DNA of 64,000 nucleotides from an uncultured delta proteobacterium (GTDB taxonomy: Bacteria; Desulfobacterota; Binatia; Binatales; Binataceae), in assembly GCA_963724765.1 (NCBI GenBank), contig CAVRVY010000001.1, forward strand, positions 1,216,001 through 1,280,000. The letters are read 5' to 3'. How positions within the stretch are numbered: position 1 is the stretch's first letter; every line of letters begins with the position of its first letter. The position numbers were made by a program, and so were the translations under genes. This document shows positions 10,641-20,493 of this stretch, piece by piece. The notes below the pieces were generated by a model that worked only from the letters and a program-made list of their open reading frames with translations, did no database searches and was not told the origin of the DNA.

Positions 10641-11549
10641 TTAGGCTGTTCTCCGGAAGACAATTTGGCATTCGTCAAACTCTTGGCGTGGCACGGGAAG
10701 CAATTCGCTCACCTCTGTGCCAAAATAGAAGTCCGGAGAGTAGCTATTCGGGATTTGGAATGGAAGGAACCCATAGTCTGCGAATATCGCCACAAATTGC
10801 TTTAGTGAAACTCCAAAATCGCAGAATGTGGAGGAAGTGACCTCAACAATGATGTCAACATTTCGAGCCAGAATCGGCAGGACATCGCGCATCCCCTTAA
10901 TAACCAACCATTCGGCGCCTTCGACGTCAATTTTGATAAGGCGGGCAGCACAAATATCTGCGATCGGAACAATCTCTGACAGTGGACGGCCATCCACGAT
11001 AGCCTCTTCAGTGTATCCCTGCTTCAGCCCCTCGCTCGACTTAACTGTTGTTTTGCCTAAATTCCAGCCATCGTGCAAAAACACTTGGACCCTCTGAGAG
11101 CGGTCTAAGACTGCGAAATTATAGGCGAAGACATTATGTGCATGGTTTGCATCCAAATTGCGCCGTAGCCGCTGGAAGATGGTAGGCGATGCCTCCACTG
11201 CATGCACTCGACCGGTAGCTCCGACAAGCTGTGCAGCGAGCAACGCATGCGCACCCACGTTGGCTCCGATGTCGATAGCAACGTCTCCCCTGCGGAGTGT
11301 GTTCTTGTAATAGGCAGTGACACTTGGCTCCCACACGCCGAAAAAATACACATAACGGTGAATTGTATCTTGCAAATATCCATAAAGAACTGCGCCGTTC
11401 TTAAGCCGCGCGAGCATCTCAACCTTGTGATACGATAGGAGACGAGTCACAATTATTGTCCATGTTTTGTATTTTCCTTTACGTATTGGGCAGAAGCGAT
11501 AATACAATCGGAGTAACTTACACATAAGTTGTAGCGCATGATCTGTCAT
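10641..11549 (-). CDS. FkbM family methyltransferase
   Basis: IDIGANVG, VEASP, IKIDVEGAE motifs. Confidence 0.9.
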   Translation of the reverse strand: MTDHALQLMCKLLRLYYRFCPIRKGKYKTWTIIVTRLLSYHKVEMLARLKNGAVLYGYLQDTIHRYVYFFGVWEPSVTAYYKNTLRRGDVAIDIGANVGAHALLAAQLVGATGRVHAVEASPTIFQRLRRNLDANHAHNVFAYNFAVLDRSQRVQVFLHDGWNLGKTTVKSSEGLKQGYTEEAIVDGRPLSEIVPIADICAARLIKIDVEGAEWLVIKGMRDVLPILARNVDIIVEVTSSTFCDFGVSLKQFVAIFADYGFLPFQIPNSYSPDFYFGTEVSELLPVPRQEFDECQIVFRRTA

Positions 11550-11563
11550 GAGAGTAACGGATA

Positions 11564-11752
11564 TTAGAGAGTTGCGGAATAAATGTAACAGCCGCCGGAC
11601 AAAACGTGGTATCTGACCTGATTCAAGACCGATTGCGGATCTTCATAGGGAATGCAGCCTATTCCGTTGAACGAAAACATGGCGGAGTCGGCCGAGTGTG
11701 CCAACCGCAGATCCGTAAGTGTCCAATTATTCGCTCTCTGGCAGGCGTCCAC
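11564..11752 (-). pseudogene. Degenerate SAM-methyltransferase fragment
   Basis: FSFNGI...ED...VLNQV...LSGGCYIYS resembles Methyltransf_11 C-terminal motifs. Confidence 0.45.
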
Positions 11753-11892
11753 AAACTGAGAGTCACGACAGATGGCTAGGTGTGCGTTTATATATTTCCT
11801 GAGCTCGAAAGGAGCGCGGAAAATATTTTCTGAGCTTTAAGAGAGCGCGAAGGTTCCAAAAGCCCTTCACCGGACAGTTGTTTCGGCGCAGC

Positions 11893-13428
11893 TTATGCCG
11901 TCGGCGAAGTGGAGTTCAATTTGAAAATAGTAAGCACCTTAGCGCGGTCGTCCGCGCCGAGTAGTACGATCCAGGCCGCCGCAACCGTCACCACCACCAC
12001 TGCAGAGGTCAGCGCTACCTTCGCCTCGAACGTACCCGGCACTACGGCCATCGCCAGTCCGGCGCTGAGGGCCAGCATGAACCACGCGAGCCGGCGCCCT
12101 CCATGTGCGATTTCGGGGAGCAGGATGCGCGCCGCGATCCAGTTCGCTGCCGCGTCGGCGCCTGCGCGAACCAGACGCGCGATGGCCGCTCCCTCGGCTC
12201 CGCGCCAGTAAACCATCGTGCCCATGAAGCCGAGGTACAGCGGAAGCTCAACCGCCTGGATTTTGGTGATGACGTCCGGACGATGCGCGGCTCCATTGAG
12301 GGCAGTGGCGATGTTCCCCACTCCTTCGAGTAGGGCGGAAATCGCGAGCAACTGGACAAGCAGCGCGCTATGCGCAGCGAACTTCGCGCCAATCCACAGC
12401 GTCATCAACTCGCGCGCGAACACCACTACTATCAGCACGATCGGAAACATGAACAGGACCGTTGCCTTCGCGCCACGATCGAACAGCATCCGGGTCCGCG
12501 CCCGATCCGAGGTCAGACTGTGAGCGAACGCCGGATAAAGAACCCGGTTAATGAGCCACGGGATGACGCTGAGCTTGTGCAAAATTCGCGCGGGCACGAT
12601 GTAATACGATACCGCGTCGATCGAAGCCAGGGCGGCGATCGTGAAGCGGTCGAAGCTGCTCATAATCATGCCGACCAGGTTCGAAGATGCGACCCAGAAG
12701 CCGAAGCCAACCAGCCCCGGAACCATCGCCGCCCGAAAACGCATTCGCCGCAGCAGCGCGGGAACCGCGTGCATGCACATCGCGAAGTACACCAGCCAGG
12801 TGATCGCATGTAGCAGGAAAAGCACGGCGACGATCGGCACGATACTGTGCGAGAACGGCAGCACGCACAGCGGTCCGAGCGACGCGAGGATCGCGTTGGG
12901 GCTGCTCACGAGATTGATCAGACCGAAACGCTGATGAGCCGCCAGAATTCCGGTCAGAACGTAGATCGTCACGCAGATTGGGATCCCAAGCGCGAGCACG
13001 TACATTGCTCGCAGTGTCTCGCTTTGCAGGCTTGGCGAAACCTTGAACAGATGGTTGACCACCGGATGCGCGAACGCGCTTAAAAGCATGGTGCCGATCA
13101 GACCGAAGGTCGCGGTCGCCGCGAGTGCCGTGCCGAAGAGTGACGGAATCTCATCCTCGCGTCCGGTCGCCAATCGATCGGAAGCCAGTTTGGTAAGTGC
13201 CGACGAGACCCCGAGATCGAGCAGGCTGAAGTAGCCGAATACTGTCCATACCAGCGCGAGAATTCCGAAGCGTTCGACGCCGAGCGCGTGAATCAGGATC
13301 GGCATCGCGATGAACGCCGCGATGAGCGGGCCGACCTCGCCGGCGCCGTTCCAGACAACGTTGCGAATCAGGCGCCGGCCGCTGGTCAGCGAGGTGTCGC
13401 TATGTATACCCATGTCTTCGATCATCAC
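11893..13428 (-). CDS. wzx: Wzx polysaccharide flippase
   Basis: About 14 hydrophobic segments; LGVERFG, LLDLG, DRF...YY motifs. Confidence 0.9.
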   Translation of the reverse strand: MMIEDMGIHSDTSLTSGRRLIRNVVWNGAGEVGPLIAAFIAMPILIHALGVERFGILALVWTVFGYFSLLDLGVSSALTKLASDRLATGREDEIPSLFGTALAATATFGLIGTMLLSAFAHPVVNHLFKVSPSLQSETLRAMYVLALGIPICVTIYVLTGILAAHQRFGLINLVSSPNAILASLGPLCVLPFSHSIVPIVAVLFLLHAITWLVYFAMCMHAVPALLRRMRFRAAMVPGLVGFGFWVASSNLVGMIMSSFDRFTIAALASIDAVSYYIVPARILHKLSVIPWLINRVLYPAFAHSLTSDRARTRMLFDRGAKATVLFMFPIVLIVVVFARELMTLWIGAKFAAHSALLVQLLAISALLEGVGNIATALNGAAHRPDVITKIQAVELPLYLGFMGTMVYWRGAEGAAIARLVRAGADAAANWIAARILLPEIAHGGRRLAWFMLALSAGLAMAVVPGTFEAKVALTSAVVVVTVAAAWIVLLGADDRAKVLTIFKLNSTSPTA

Positions 13429-13477
13429 TCAGATACTTCTTGATTCACGCGCGGTCTTCGCCTGTATTGCGTGCGTA

Positions 13478-13669
13478 TTTTCCAGAGCCCGCCTAGCGGT
13501 TAAACTCTTTGGGGCGAAAGTGGTAGTGGCCTCCCCCGGGGCGTCATTGTAGTTTTCCGAAAAAAAGGCGGTCGCCGGTGTCGAAGAAGTCAGCCCGGAC
13601 AAAGTCCAAGTCCCGGCCTAGCGTTTTTGCGGCGGTGATCATGCCCGCGAGGTCCGTGGGCCGTGACAT
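13478..13669 (-). pseudogene. C-terminal fragment of a TupA-like ATP-grasp protein
   Basis: Hand translation gives RPTDLAGMITAAKTLGRDLDFVRADFFDTGDRLFFG, then frameshifted MTP..HFRPKEF..LW, matching the TupA FVRVDLY..FGElTfxP motif. Confidence 0.6.
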
Positions 13670-13688
13670 GTGGCGAAACCTTTTTCAG

Positions 13689-14768
13689 CTAACAGCGAGC
13701 GATTGCGTTGATTTCTTCGCCAGCGCTCGCGTCTCGCAGAAGCTTCACGGACTCTGCAAGCGTCATTCGGAGACTGTGAATGCGTGACGCCGCCCTTGCA
13801 ATGCTGGGGTTGTTGCCATCGGCACGCTCCGGCCGGCCTTTCGCAAACACACGGTAAGCACCGCGAATCGAAGTGTGAATCGAGACATTGGCAAAGCCCG
13901 CATCAGCGCATACGCGGCGCATCGACGGAACTGAAAAAATGCTGAGATGGCGCGGCGGGTCCAAAAAGTCCCAGCTCGCGCCCATCATCCGATGCCCCCA
14001 GCTCGAACCGTTGGGAGTGGCGCAAAAGAGGTGGCCGCCCGGAACCATCAAACGGCGGATCTCGCGGAGCAGCGCAAGAGGATCATGCACATGCTCGATA
14101 ACGTGGCTCAACAGCACGACATGAAAATGGCCGTTAGGATAGTGCTGCGCTTCCAGCGTGCCGAGCTGTACCGGAAGCTCTCGTTCGCGGGCGAACTGTA
14201 CCGCGACGGGATCGAAATCAACTCCCTCCGCATCCCAGCCTGTCGCTCGCGCAAACGACAGCATCTCACCCGCGCCGCATCCCATATCGAGCAGGCGGCC
14301 GCGTGGAAGTTCGGTCAGATATCGAGCGGGGAACTCGACAACGCGGCGGGTCGCAGGGTAGATCTTTGCTGCAAGCCCGAGAATTTTATCCACCACGCCG
14401 CCGCGATCGGCGTAATTCAGCTTTGCTGCCAGGTACCCATGCTTTATGCGCCTTTCGAGCCCCGCCTCCGGTTCGTGATGAGTGTAATACTCGCCTTTGT
14501 ACGCCTTTCCGATATCATTCTCAGTCGGAACCGGGTCGAGCCACAGCAGGCGGCATTCACTGTTGTCGCAAGCGCGGATATTCCATTCGCCGAAGTTGGA
14601 GTCAGTCAGCGCGTGATAAATCTCGCCTCCCGAACTACCGCATATGCGGCATTGAGGATTCGGACGCGTCGTGATCGAAGCAACTGGATTCATACGGCTA
14701 ATGTCGTAATCAACAAGCGCCCTACCGGGCTTCTGCATCAGCGTCAAATTGCAAACCTCTACGGCCAT
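13689..14768 (-). CDS. Class I SAM-dependent methyltransferase with N-terminal Cys motif
   Basis: CxxC...CxxxxC, LLDMGCGAG, HVIEHVHDP, TPN, PPRHL motifs. Confidence 0.85.
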   Translation of the reverse strand: MAVEVCNLTLMQKPGRALVDYDISRMNPVASITTRPNPQCRICGSSGGEIYHALTDSNFGEWNIRACDNSECRLLWLDPVPTENDIGKAYKGEYYTHHEPEAGLERRIKHGYLAAKLNYADRGGVVDKILGLAAKIYPATRRVVEFPARYLTELPRGRLLDMGCGAGEMLSFARATGWDAEGVDFDPVAVQFARERELPVQLGTLEAQHYPNGHFHVVLLSHVIEHVHDPLALLREIRRLMVPGGHLFCATPNGSSWGHRMMGASWDFLDPPRHLSIFSVPSMRRVCADAGFANVSIHTSIRGAYRVFAKGRPERADGNNPSIARAASRIHSLRMTLAESVKLLRDASAGEEINAIARC

Positions 14769-15936
14769 TCAGCTCATTTGTTATCAGCGTCAGCGTCTTA
14801 TTCCAGACCTCCTCAACCGTTATGTTGGTCAGGCACGGTGCGCAGGCGCCGGACGCGGGTTTGTACCGGCACGACCAACCGCACCCGAAGCATTCCATCG
14901 GATAGGCCGCAACGGCGGGGAAAGGCCTTACGTCCCCATCGTATGTTTCGTAAGGCAGAAACCTGCCGAAGTGGCCCCCGCCGACGACCGACACACATGG
15001 GATGCCGAGAGCTGCGGCAAGATGGATCGGGCCTGACTCGTTGCCGATTAGCAGACGGGCGCGAGAGATTATTGAGACTAGCCCGGTCAGCGTGGTCTTT
15101 CCGGCATAGTTTTCCAGGCGAGCGGAAGCCGCGCCGACCAGCCGCGTGGCGATGCCGGTCTCGGCGCCTGCGCCGCATACTATACCCCTCCATCCGGTAC
15201 GACGAGAGATCAGCTCGGCAATACGCACGAAATTTCCTATCGGCCATTGCCTGATAGCATGACTGGCTCCCGGACAAAGGATGTAAAACGGCTCTGCTCC
15301 AATATCGGCCGGAGGTGGCGCCGTCGGCTCCAGCCAAGGCGTCTGTAAGGAGAAGTCCGTCACGCCAAGCCCTCGGACGAATTCGGCGTTGCGTCGCAAT
15401 TGGTTTGTGGATTCGCTCGGCGATCCGTAAATCAGCCGGGTGTACCATCGATCACTGACCCACCGCTCGGCAGGTGTCAGCAGTTCCATGCAACCCGCGA
15501 ATCCGATTCGCTCGGGCGCGCCGCTCGCGCGAACCACCGCATCACCCCAGAGAAAATCCCGGCAGAAGGTGGGATGGATTGTCACCGAAAAACCGCCAGT
15601 GGCGACGCGCCTAAGAATCTGAAACCGATAGAACGGATTCAGGACGAAACGCCTGCGGTCTAGCTGCCATACTTCGTCGAAGCAGCCGATTTCGCGGGCG
15701 AGGGTGGCCCACGCGCGATTGCCCAGCAGCGTCAGATGGTAGCGGCCGGGCGGATAAAGCCTGCGCAGCGCCCTTGCCGCGTCGAGCCACAGAATAAAGT
15801 CACCGATCGCGTCCAGGCGAACGGCCAGAATCCTGTCGGCCACTGGCTTTCGCCGGAAGCTTCGTGCGGCGAGGTCGAACGCGCTCAGCGAGGCAATCCA
15901 CCACGCCAGCCGACATCTTAGCTGTGATTTCGTCAT
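14722..15936 (-). CDS. Glycosyltransferase family 9 (heptosyltransferase-like)
   Basis: RLDAIGDF, CPGAS..RQWP, GNESGPIHLAAA motifs. Confidence 0.9.
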   Translation of the reverse strand: MTKSQLRCRLAWWIASLSAFDLAARSFRRKPVADRILAVRLDAIGDFILWLDAARALRRLYPPGRYHLTLLGNRAWATLAREIGCFDEVWQLDRRRFVLNPFYRFQILRRVATGGFSVTIHPTFCRDFLWGDAVVRASGAPERIGFAGCMELLTPAERWVSDRWYTRLIYGSPSESTNQLRRNAEFVRGLGVTDFSLQTPWLEPTAPPPADIGAEPFYILCPGASHAIRQWPIGNFVRIAELISRRTGWRGIVCGAGAETGIATRLVGAASARLENYAGKTTLTGLVSIISRARLLIGNESGPIHLAAALGIPCVSVVGGGHFGRFLPYETYDGDVRPFPAVAAYPMECFGCGWSCRYKPASGACAPCLTNITVEEVWNKTLTLITNELNGRRGLQFDADAEAR

Positions 15937-16086
15937 CTTTCTGGCATTCTCAGCGGCCGAACATATTCGAGATCGGGATAGCAGCCGGCCCTCGACCCCG
16001 CTGGCTCTGCTCTTCTACCTGTCTGAGCGTATATTTTCGGGTCAGGTCGGCTAGCAGCCGTCGCGACGCTTCAAGGTGAGCATTTT

Positions 16087-16297
16087 CACTCGTCCAGATA
16101 GTACTGATGTGACCAAATGATTTCTGCGCTCAGTATAGCTCGTTCGGCGAATGACAAGTCGGCAATATCATCACTGCTCCGGACATACTTAACACTGTAT
16201 GGCCTTTGTCACGGAGCAGTTCCGCCTCCGCCTCGAAGAATACGTTTTCGCCGCTCGGGGCTGGATAGTAGTTATGCGCGAGAAAGATTGAGAGCAT
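16087..16297 (-). pseudogene. Frameshifted, truncated GT4 glycosyltransferase N-terminus
   Basis: MLSIFLAHNYYPAPSGENVFFEAEAELLRDKGHTV, then a frameshift into KYVRSSDDI...IWS; matches the HNYYQQxGGE..E..LL..GH.V GT4 start. Confidence 0.7.
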
Positions 16298-17732
16298 ACT
16301 GGGCATTTGGCCGCCTCCATGCCGACGCGACCTCTTGACATTCTATCAAGCGCTGACCGATCGCCATGACGATCCAAAACACAGCATTTAACATAGGTCG
16401 CTCGAAGAACAGCACGAACATCGCGAAGCCGAACATCATGGCGAGAATATTCGTAACCGCGAGCTCGTCGGCTCTGCGTGTGTGTCTCGACACGACAAAC
16501 AGACGTCCCAGAATAAGGAGCCAGCAGAAAAGAACACACATCAGACCGAGCATACCCATTCGGGCTGCGAGGAAAAGAAACGTATTGTGAGGCATCCCCA
16601 TGTTGAAGCTGCCCTGCCGCTCCGTCCCCTGTATAGAAGGGAGGGTGGAAGGAAGAAGCATACGGCCAAAGCCCACTCCGAACACAGGATGTTTCAGCCA
16701 TAGCGCGAAAGTAATCCTCCATCGTATCAGCCGAAAATAGGACGTAGGATCTGGTGGACCGCCTGATGCGCCACCGGTCGCACTGAGCACAGAGAGCCGA
16801 AGTCCCTGCAGGAGCCCGGCACCCGGAATGGCCAATGGTATCAATGGCGACAAAAAAACCAGCAAGGCAAGAAACCCAGCGAATAGTGCGTAACGGATGC
16901 GATATCTCGGCGATGCGCACAGGAAAGTCACACCCGAAGCGATAGCCACCCCTACCACCCCTGACCGGCTGGTGGTTGCGGCAAGAGCAAAAAAGCATGC
17001 GATGGCGCACAGGATGTGGAAACGGCGCAGTTTACGCTCGAAGGTGACGTAGGCAAACAGAGCCCCCAAGGAAAATACGCTGAACGCGCCTGCGTCTCCG
17101 CTGCCCATCTCGGGAACTGCTTGGCCGAGAATAAGACGCGTGCCCTCACCGAACAGGCCGAGGTTAACGCCGCTGGCTATCTGGAACAGCAACATGAGTG
17201 CAAGTACCACCCCGGCGTAAGTAAGGTACCGTAGCAGCCTTACCGCATCGCGACGGTCGCGGATCGCGAAGCACGTGAGAGGAAAGAACAAGCTGTAGCC
17301 GAAGATCGCCAGGTCGCGCACCGCGTAGAGACCATATTCGGAGAAGGCGAGCACGAAATAGACGGTCGCCAAGATGCAGAGGATCCAGACAACGCGGCCG
17401 ACCGGGCCGGCCCCGACGCCCTCCGATAGCCAGTAAACGATCCGTGATGGCCATCGGACTAACGATACGCCGAAAAGTAGCAGAAGCGTGATATCCGTCA
17501 GAAAGATTGGAGCCGGGCCGATGTATATGCCGAGTTTCGCGGCACGTAGGTCCCCAACACCCATTACAATGATGTAGGCCAGGATGAGCCACAGTTCCAG
17601 TGTCATCCCCCGAAGCCCAAGCACTCCAGCCATGGAATCGCGCGAAGGCGCCGGTACCACCGGCGTCGCGTACGGTGCCCCGGGCACGCGTGCCGCCGAG
17701 ATCTGCTGCCGTGAAAAAGCGTGTGTCGTCAT
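16272..17732 (-). CDS. Wzy polymerase / O-antigen ligase family protein
   Basis: Polytopic membrane protein; SRSG, R...W, FGVGFG, PHNTFL motifs. Confidence 0.85.
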   Translation of the reverse strand: MTTHAFSRQQISAARVPGAPYATPVVPAPSRDSMAGVLGLRGMTLELWLILAYIIVMGVGDLRAAKLGIYIGPAPIFLTDITLLLLFGVSLVRWPSRIVYWLSEGVGAGPVGRVVWILCILATVYFVLAFSEYGLYAVRDLAIFGYSLFFPLTCFAIRDRRDAVRLLRYLTYAGVVLALMLLFQIASGVNLGLFGEGTRLILGQAVPEMGSGDAGAFSVFSLGALFAYVTFERKLRRFHILCAIACFFALAATTSRSGVVGVAIASGVTFLCASPRYRIRYALFAGFLALLVFLSPLIPLAIPGAGLLQGLRLSVLSATGGASGGPPDPTSYFRLIRWRITFALWLKHPVFGVGFGRMLLPSTLPSIQGTERQGSFNMGMPHNTFLFLAARMGMLGLMCVLFCWLLILGRLFVVSRHTRRADELAVTNILAMMFGFAMFVLFFERPMLNAVFWIVMAIGQRLIECQEVASAWRRPNAQYALNLSRA

Positions 17733-18020
17733 TTCGCAATTACCCGCCTCGCCTCCGCGGCGCCATGGGCATCGCAGCGACGCTGTGCGCAGGTATGCAT
17801 CTCGTCACAACCAGTAGTCGTGCGGGTCGTCACGCGTGGGAGCCCGATTCAGGCACATGCTGACGCCAGCAATCACTTGCGCTCGTACCGCTAATAGCCG
17901 ACGCTCTATCGCAGATTCTTCCGCCAGACGCGAACGCCGCCGCACCAATATTCCAATACTCTTTCGGTGAGACTCTTGCGCTGGAAATACTTCGGCTGAC
18001 CCGCTTGCGCTGCGCGAGAG

Positions 18021-19571
18021 TCAATATGCGCCTCGAGCTATCAGTACGACAGTCACGGTTCGCGCCAAGATGTAGAGGTCAAGCCAGAGCGACCAGTTCC
18101 TGATGTAATATGTATCGAAACGCTCCTGCTCCTCGATTCTCCCGTTGCTTCGCACCATTATTTGCCACAAGCCCGTGAGGCCGGGCCGGACCGCAGTACG
18201 GAGCCTCTTAAAATCGGGCGAGAGCATTGCAAGGTGGTAGTCGGGAAACGGTCGAGGCCCGACCAGACTCATGTCCCCAACGATGACATTCCAGAGCTGT
18301 GGCAACTCGTCGAGGCTTAGCCGCCGAAGCAGGGTTCCGACCATCGGTATCAGACGCGGGTCCCGGGGTAGTTTGGCGCTTCGCTGCCATTGCCGTCGAA
18401 GTTCCGGATCTCCCTTAAGAAGCTCGGCCAATCGGGCCTCCGCGTCTGCATACATCGTACGCAGTTTCCAAACTTTGAACTTTCGTCCACCCAATCCCTC
18501 TCGCTGTTGTCGAAAGAAGACCGGCCCGGGGCTTAGCAGTTTTATCAACGATGCGCAGAGCGCAACTATAGGCAACGCAATCGCCAGCCCAGCGGTGGCT
18601 AGGATAAGGTCGAGGGATCGCTTCATGAGTTGATTGGGGCGGCGGAGGAGCTCATTACTGAACTCAATTCCCAACACTCCACCTAAATTGCGGACTTTAA
18701 CTCGTTCAACAGGAAACAGACGGTCCTCGCGGATGAAAACCATGTGTCGAAGTAGCGTTTGCGTCTGAGCCAGCTGAGCCATAACCGACGAATCGTCCCA
18801 GGCAAGCAGTGTGGCCACACCCTGTTGCGCGAGCTCAGGGACGAGTTCCAGGCCACCCAGGATTGGGACCTCTTCGATCGTCTGACCCACTCGTTGACCG
18901 TCGGAGCAGAGCACGCCTACTACGGCGTATCCGAGCGAGAAGGCCCGCTTGAGTGAGAGTATGGTCAGTCTTGCCTGGGACGGAGTTCCGAAAATTACTG
19001 TAGGCTCGCTCCACCAGCGGAACGGCTTTACTATCGAGAGCGTCAAAAGGCGACACACTGGTACTATGACCAGCGCGCCCGCCCACGCGATAGTGAATGA
19101 CATACGGGAGAAGGTTGGATCGGCTTTGAGCGCGAAGCTTGCGGCGGCCACAGCTAGAAAGGAAATGCTTGTGCAGTAGAACAGACGCCGTAAGATCTCG
19201 ACCGCTCCCAAACCGAATCCTGGGTAAAGGCCAGCAGCAGCATAGGCGAAAGGGAATAGGCAAAGCAACGGCAATAATGACAAATACTCAGAGACTGGTT
19301 GATGCAGGATGGCTTCGGCCCAGGCAACGTAACCAAGCATCGACGCTATCAGCAGGGCGGACAGATCACAAAAGAGCAACACGCTGTTACGCGCCAGTAC
19401 GGAAATGAGATACATCCAGCGCCCGCGCCATGGGTCGTCGCGAATAAGAGGCGTGCCCGAGTCAGAATCCGCCGTCTCGAAAGCCGTTTGTGCAAGTAAG
19501 GGTTGGTACCTAAACATACCATTACCGATCGCGCCCGCCTTGAGCGCGCCCACGTAGGCCGCCTGCCACAC
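18021..19571 (-). CDS. Polyprenyl-phosphate glycosylphosphotransferase (WbaP-like priming enzyme)
   Basis: KRSLDL, KLRTM, DPR, LDELPQLWNV..GDMSLVGPRP, RPGLTGLWQ motifs; start uncertain. Confidence 0.92.
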   Translation of the reverse strand: MWQAAYVGALKAGAIGNGMFRYQPLLAQTAFETADSDSGTPLIRDDPWRGRWMYLISVLARNSVLLFCDLSALLIASMLGYVAWAEAILHQPVSEYLSLLPLLCLFPFAYAAAGLYPGFGLGAVEILRRLFYCTSISFLAVAAASFALKADPTFSRMSFTIAWAGALVIVPVCRLLTLSIVKPFRWWSEPTVIFGTPSQARLTILSLKRAFSLGYAVVGVLCSDGQRVGQTIEEVPILGGLELVPELAQQGVATLLAWDDSSVMAQLAQTQTLLRHMVFIREDRLFPVERVKVRNLGGVLGIEFSNELLRRPNQLMKRSLDLILATAGLAIALPIVALCASLIKLLSPGPVFFRQQREGLGGRKFKVWKLRTMYADAEARLAELLKGDPELRRQWQRSAKLPRDPRLIPMVGTLLRRLSLDELPQLWNVIVGDMSLVGPRPFPDYHLAMLSPDFKRLRTAVRPGLTGLWQIMVRSNGRIEEQERFDTYYIRNWSLWLDLYILARTVTVVLIARGAY

Positions 19572-19650
19572 CGAGTGACCGGCGGAGGTGCGATGTTAGC
19601 CGCGAGGGTTAGCGCTCTGGACGAACTCGCCGTGGCCTAAACAAGGAGGG

Positions 19651-20493
19651 TCACTTTGACGCCCTTGCCTGCTCTGCGCCGATGCCCGCATGGCCGCCAC
19701 CTCGAGGGAGCGCCAGGGAGCCGAGCTCGGCGGGCCGCCGGCCGAGCAGTTGACGAATTACAAGTCCGACGAAAAGTGGATTGTTAATTAGATAGCGAGG
19801 CCCTAAGCGCCTGGGCTCCTGGATCATGCGAAACATCCACTCCAGCCCAGCTCGCATCACCCATCTCGGCGCTTGGCGCTTGACACCGGCGTGGAAGTCA
19901 AAAGCGGCGCCAACACCGATGAGGACCGAGGCGTTCAACCGGTCGACGTGCTTGGCCATCCAGACTTCCTGCTTTGGAGTGCCGACACCCACCCATACAA
20001 TATGCGGGCGGACGCTATTAATTGTGTTTACAACCTGCTCATCTTCAGCAGGCTCGAGTGCGCGAAATGGCGGCGAGTAAACGCCTGCTACGTTTAACCC
20101 TGGGAGTCGCGACTGGAGACGAGTGGCGAGCCGTTCGGCAATTCCTTGAGCCCCTCCGTATAAGAAGTGGCGATACCCACGTCCTATAGATCGTTCACAA
20201 AGCGCCAGCATCAGGTCAGGCCCATACACACGACTTACGTGATGAAAGCCCTTAAGTCGGCTCAACCAGACCAATGGCATACCATCCGGAACAACCAGCC
20301 CCGCGGCGTTATGGATACAACGAACAGCTTCTTTGCGATAGCTTTCCATAATGCCGTGCACGCCTGTAACGCACACGTAGTGCGGCTCGTCGCGCAAGAT
20401 CCATTCGTCCACGGAATCCAGCGCCATCGACGTGTTTATGGCGCTCACTCCAACTCCAAGGATGTTTATTCGCTCAATCATTGAGTCACTCAT
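19651..20493 (-). CDS. WecB/TagA/CpsF family glycosyltransferase
   Basis: PDGMPLVW, GPDL, GVGTPKQE, GVGAAFDF, GLEW motifs. Confidence 0.92.
   Translation of the reverse strand: MSDSMIERINILGVGVSAINTSMALDSVDEWILRDEPHYVCVTGVHGIMESYRKEAVRCIHNAAGLVVPDGMPLVWLSRLKGFHHVSRVYGPDLMLALCERSIGRGYRHFLYGGAQGIAERLATRLQSRLPGLNVAGVYSPPFRALEPAEDEQVVNTINSVRPHIVWVGVGTPKQEVWMAKHVDRLNASVLIGVGAAFDFHAGVKRQAPRWVMRAGLEWMFRMIQEPRRLGPRYLINNPLFVGLVIRQLLGRRPAELGSLALPRGGGHAGIGAEQARASK

Noticed and set aside
13947-15254. 435-aa plus-strand ORF
   Set aside because: Antisense shadow of two well-supported minus-strand genes; no recognisable motifs
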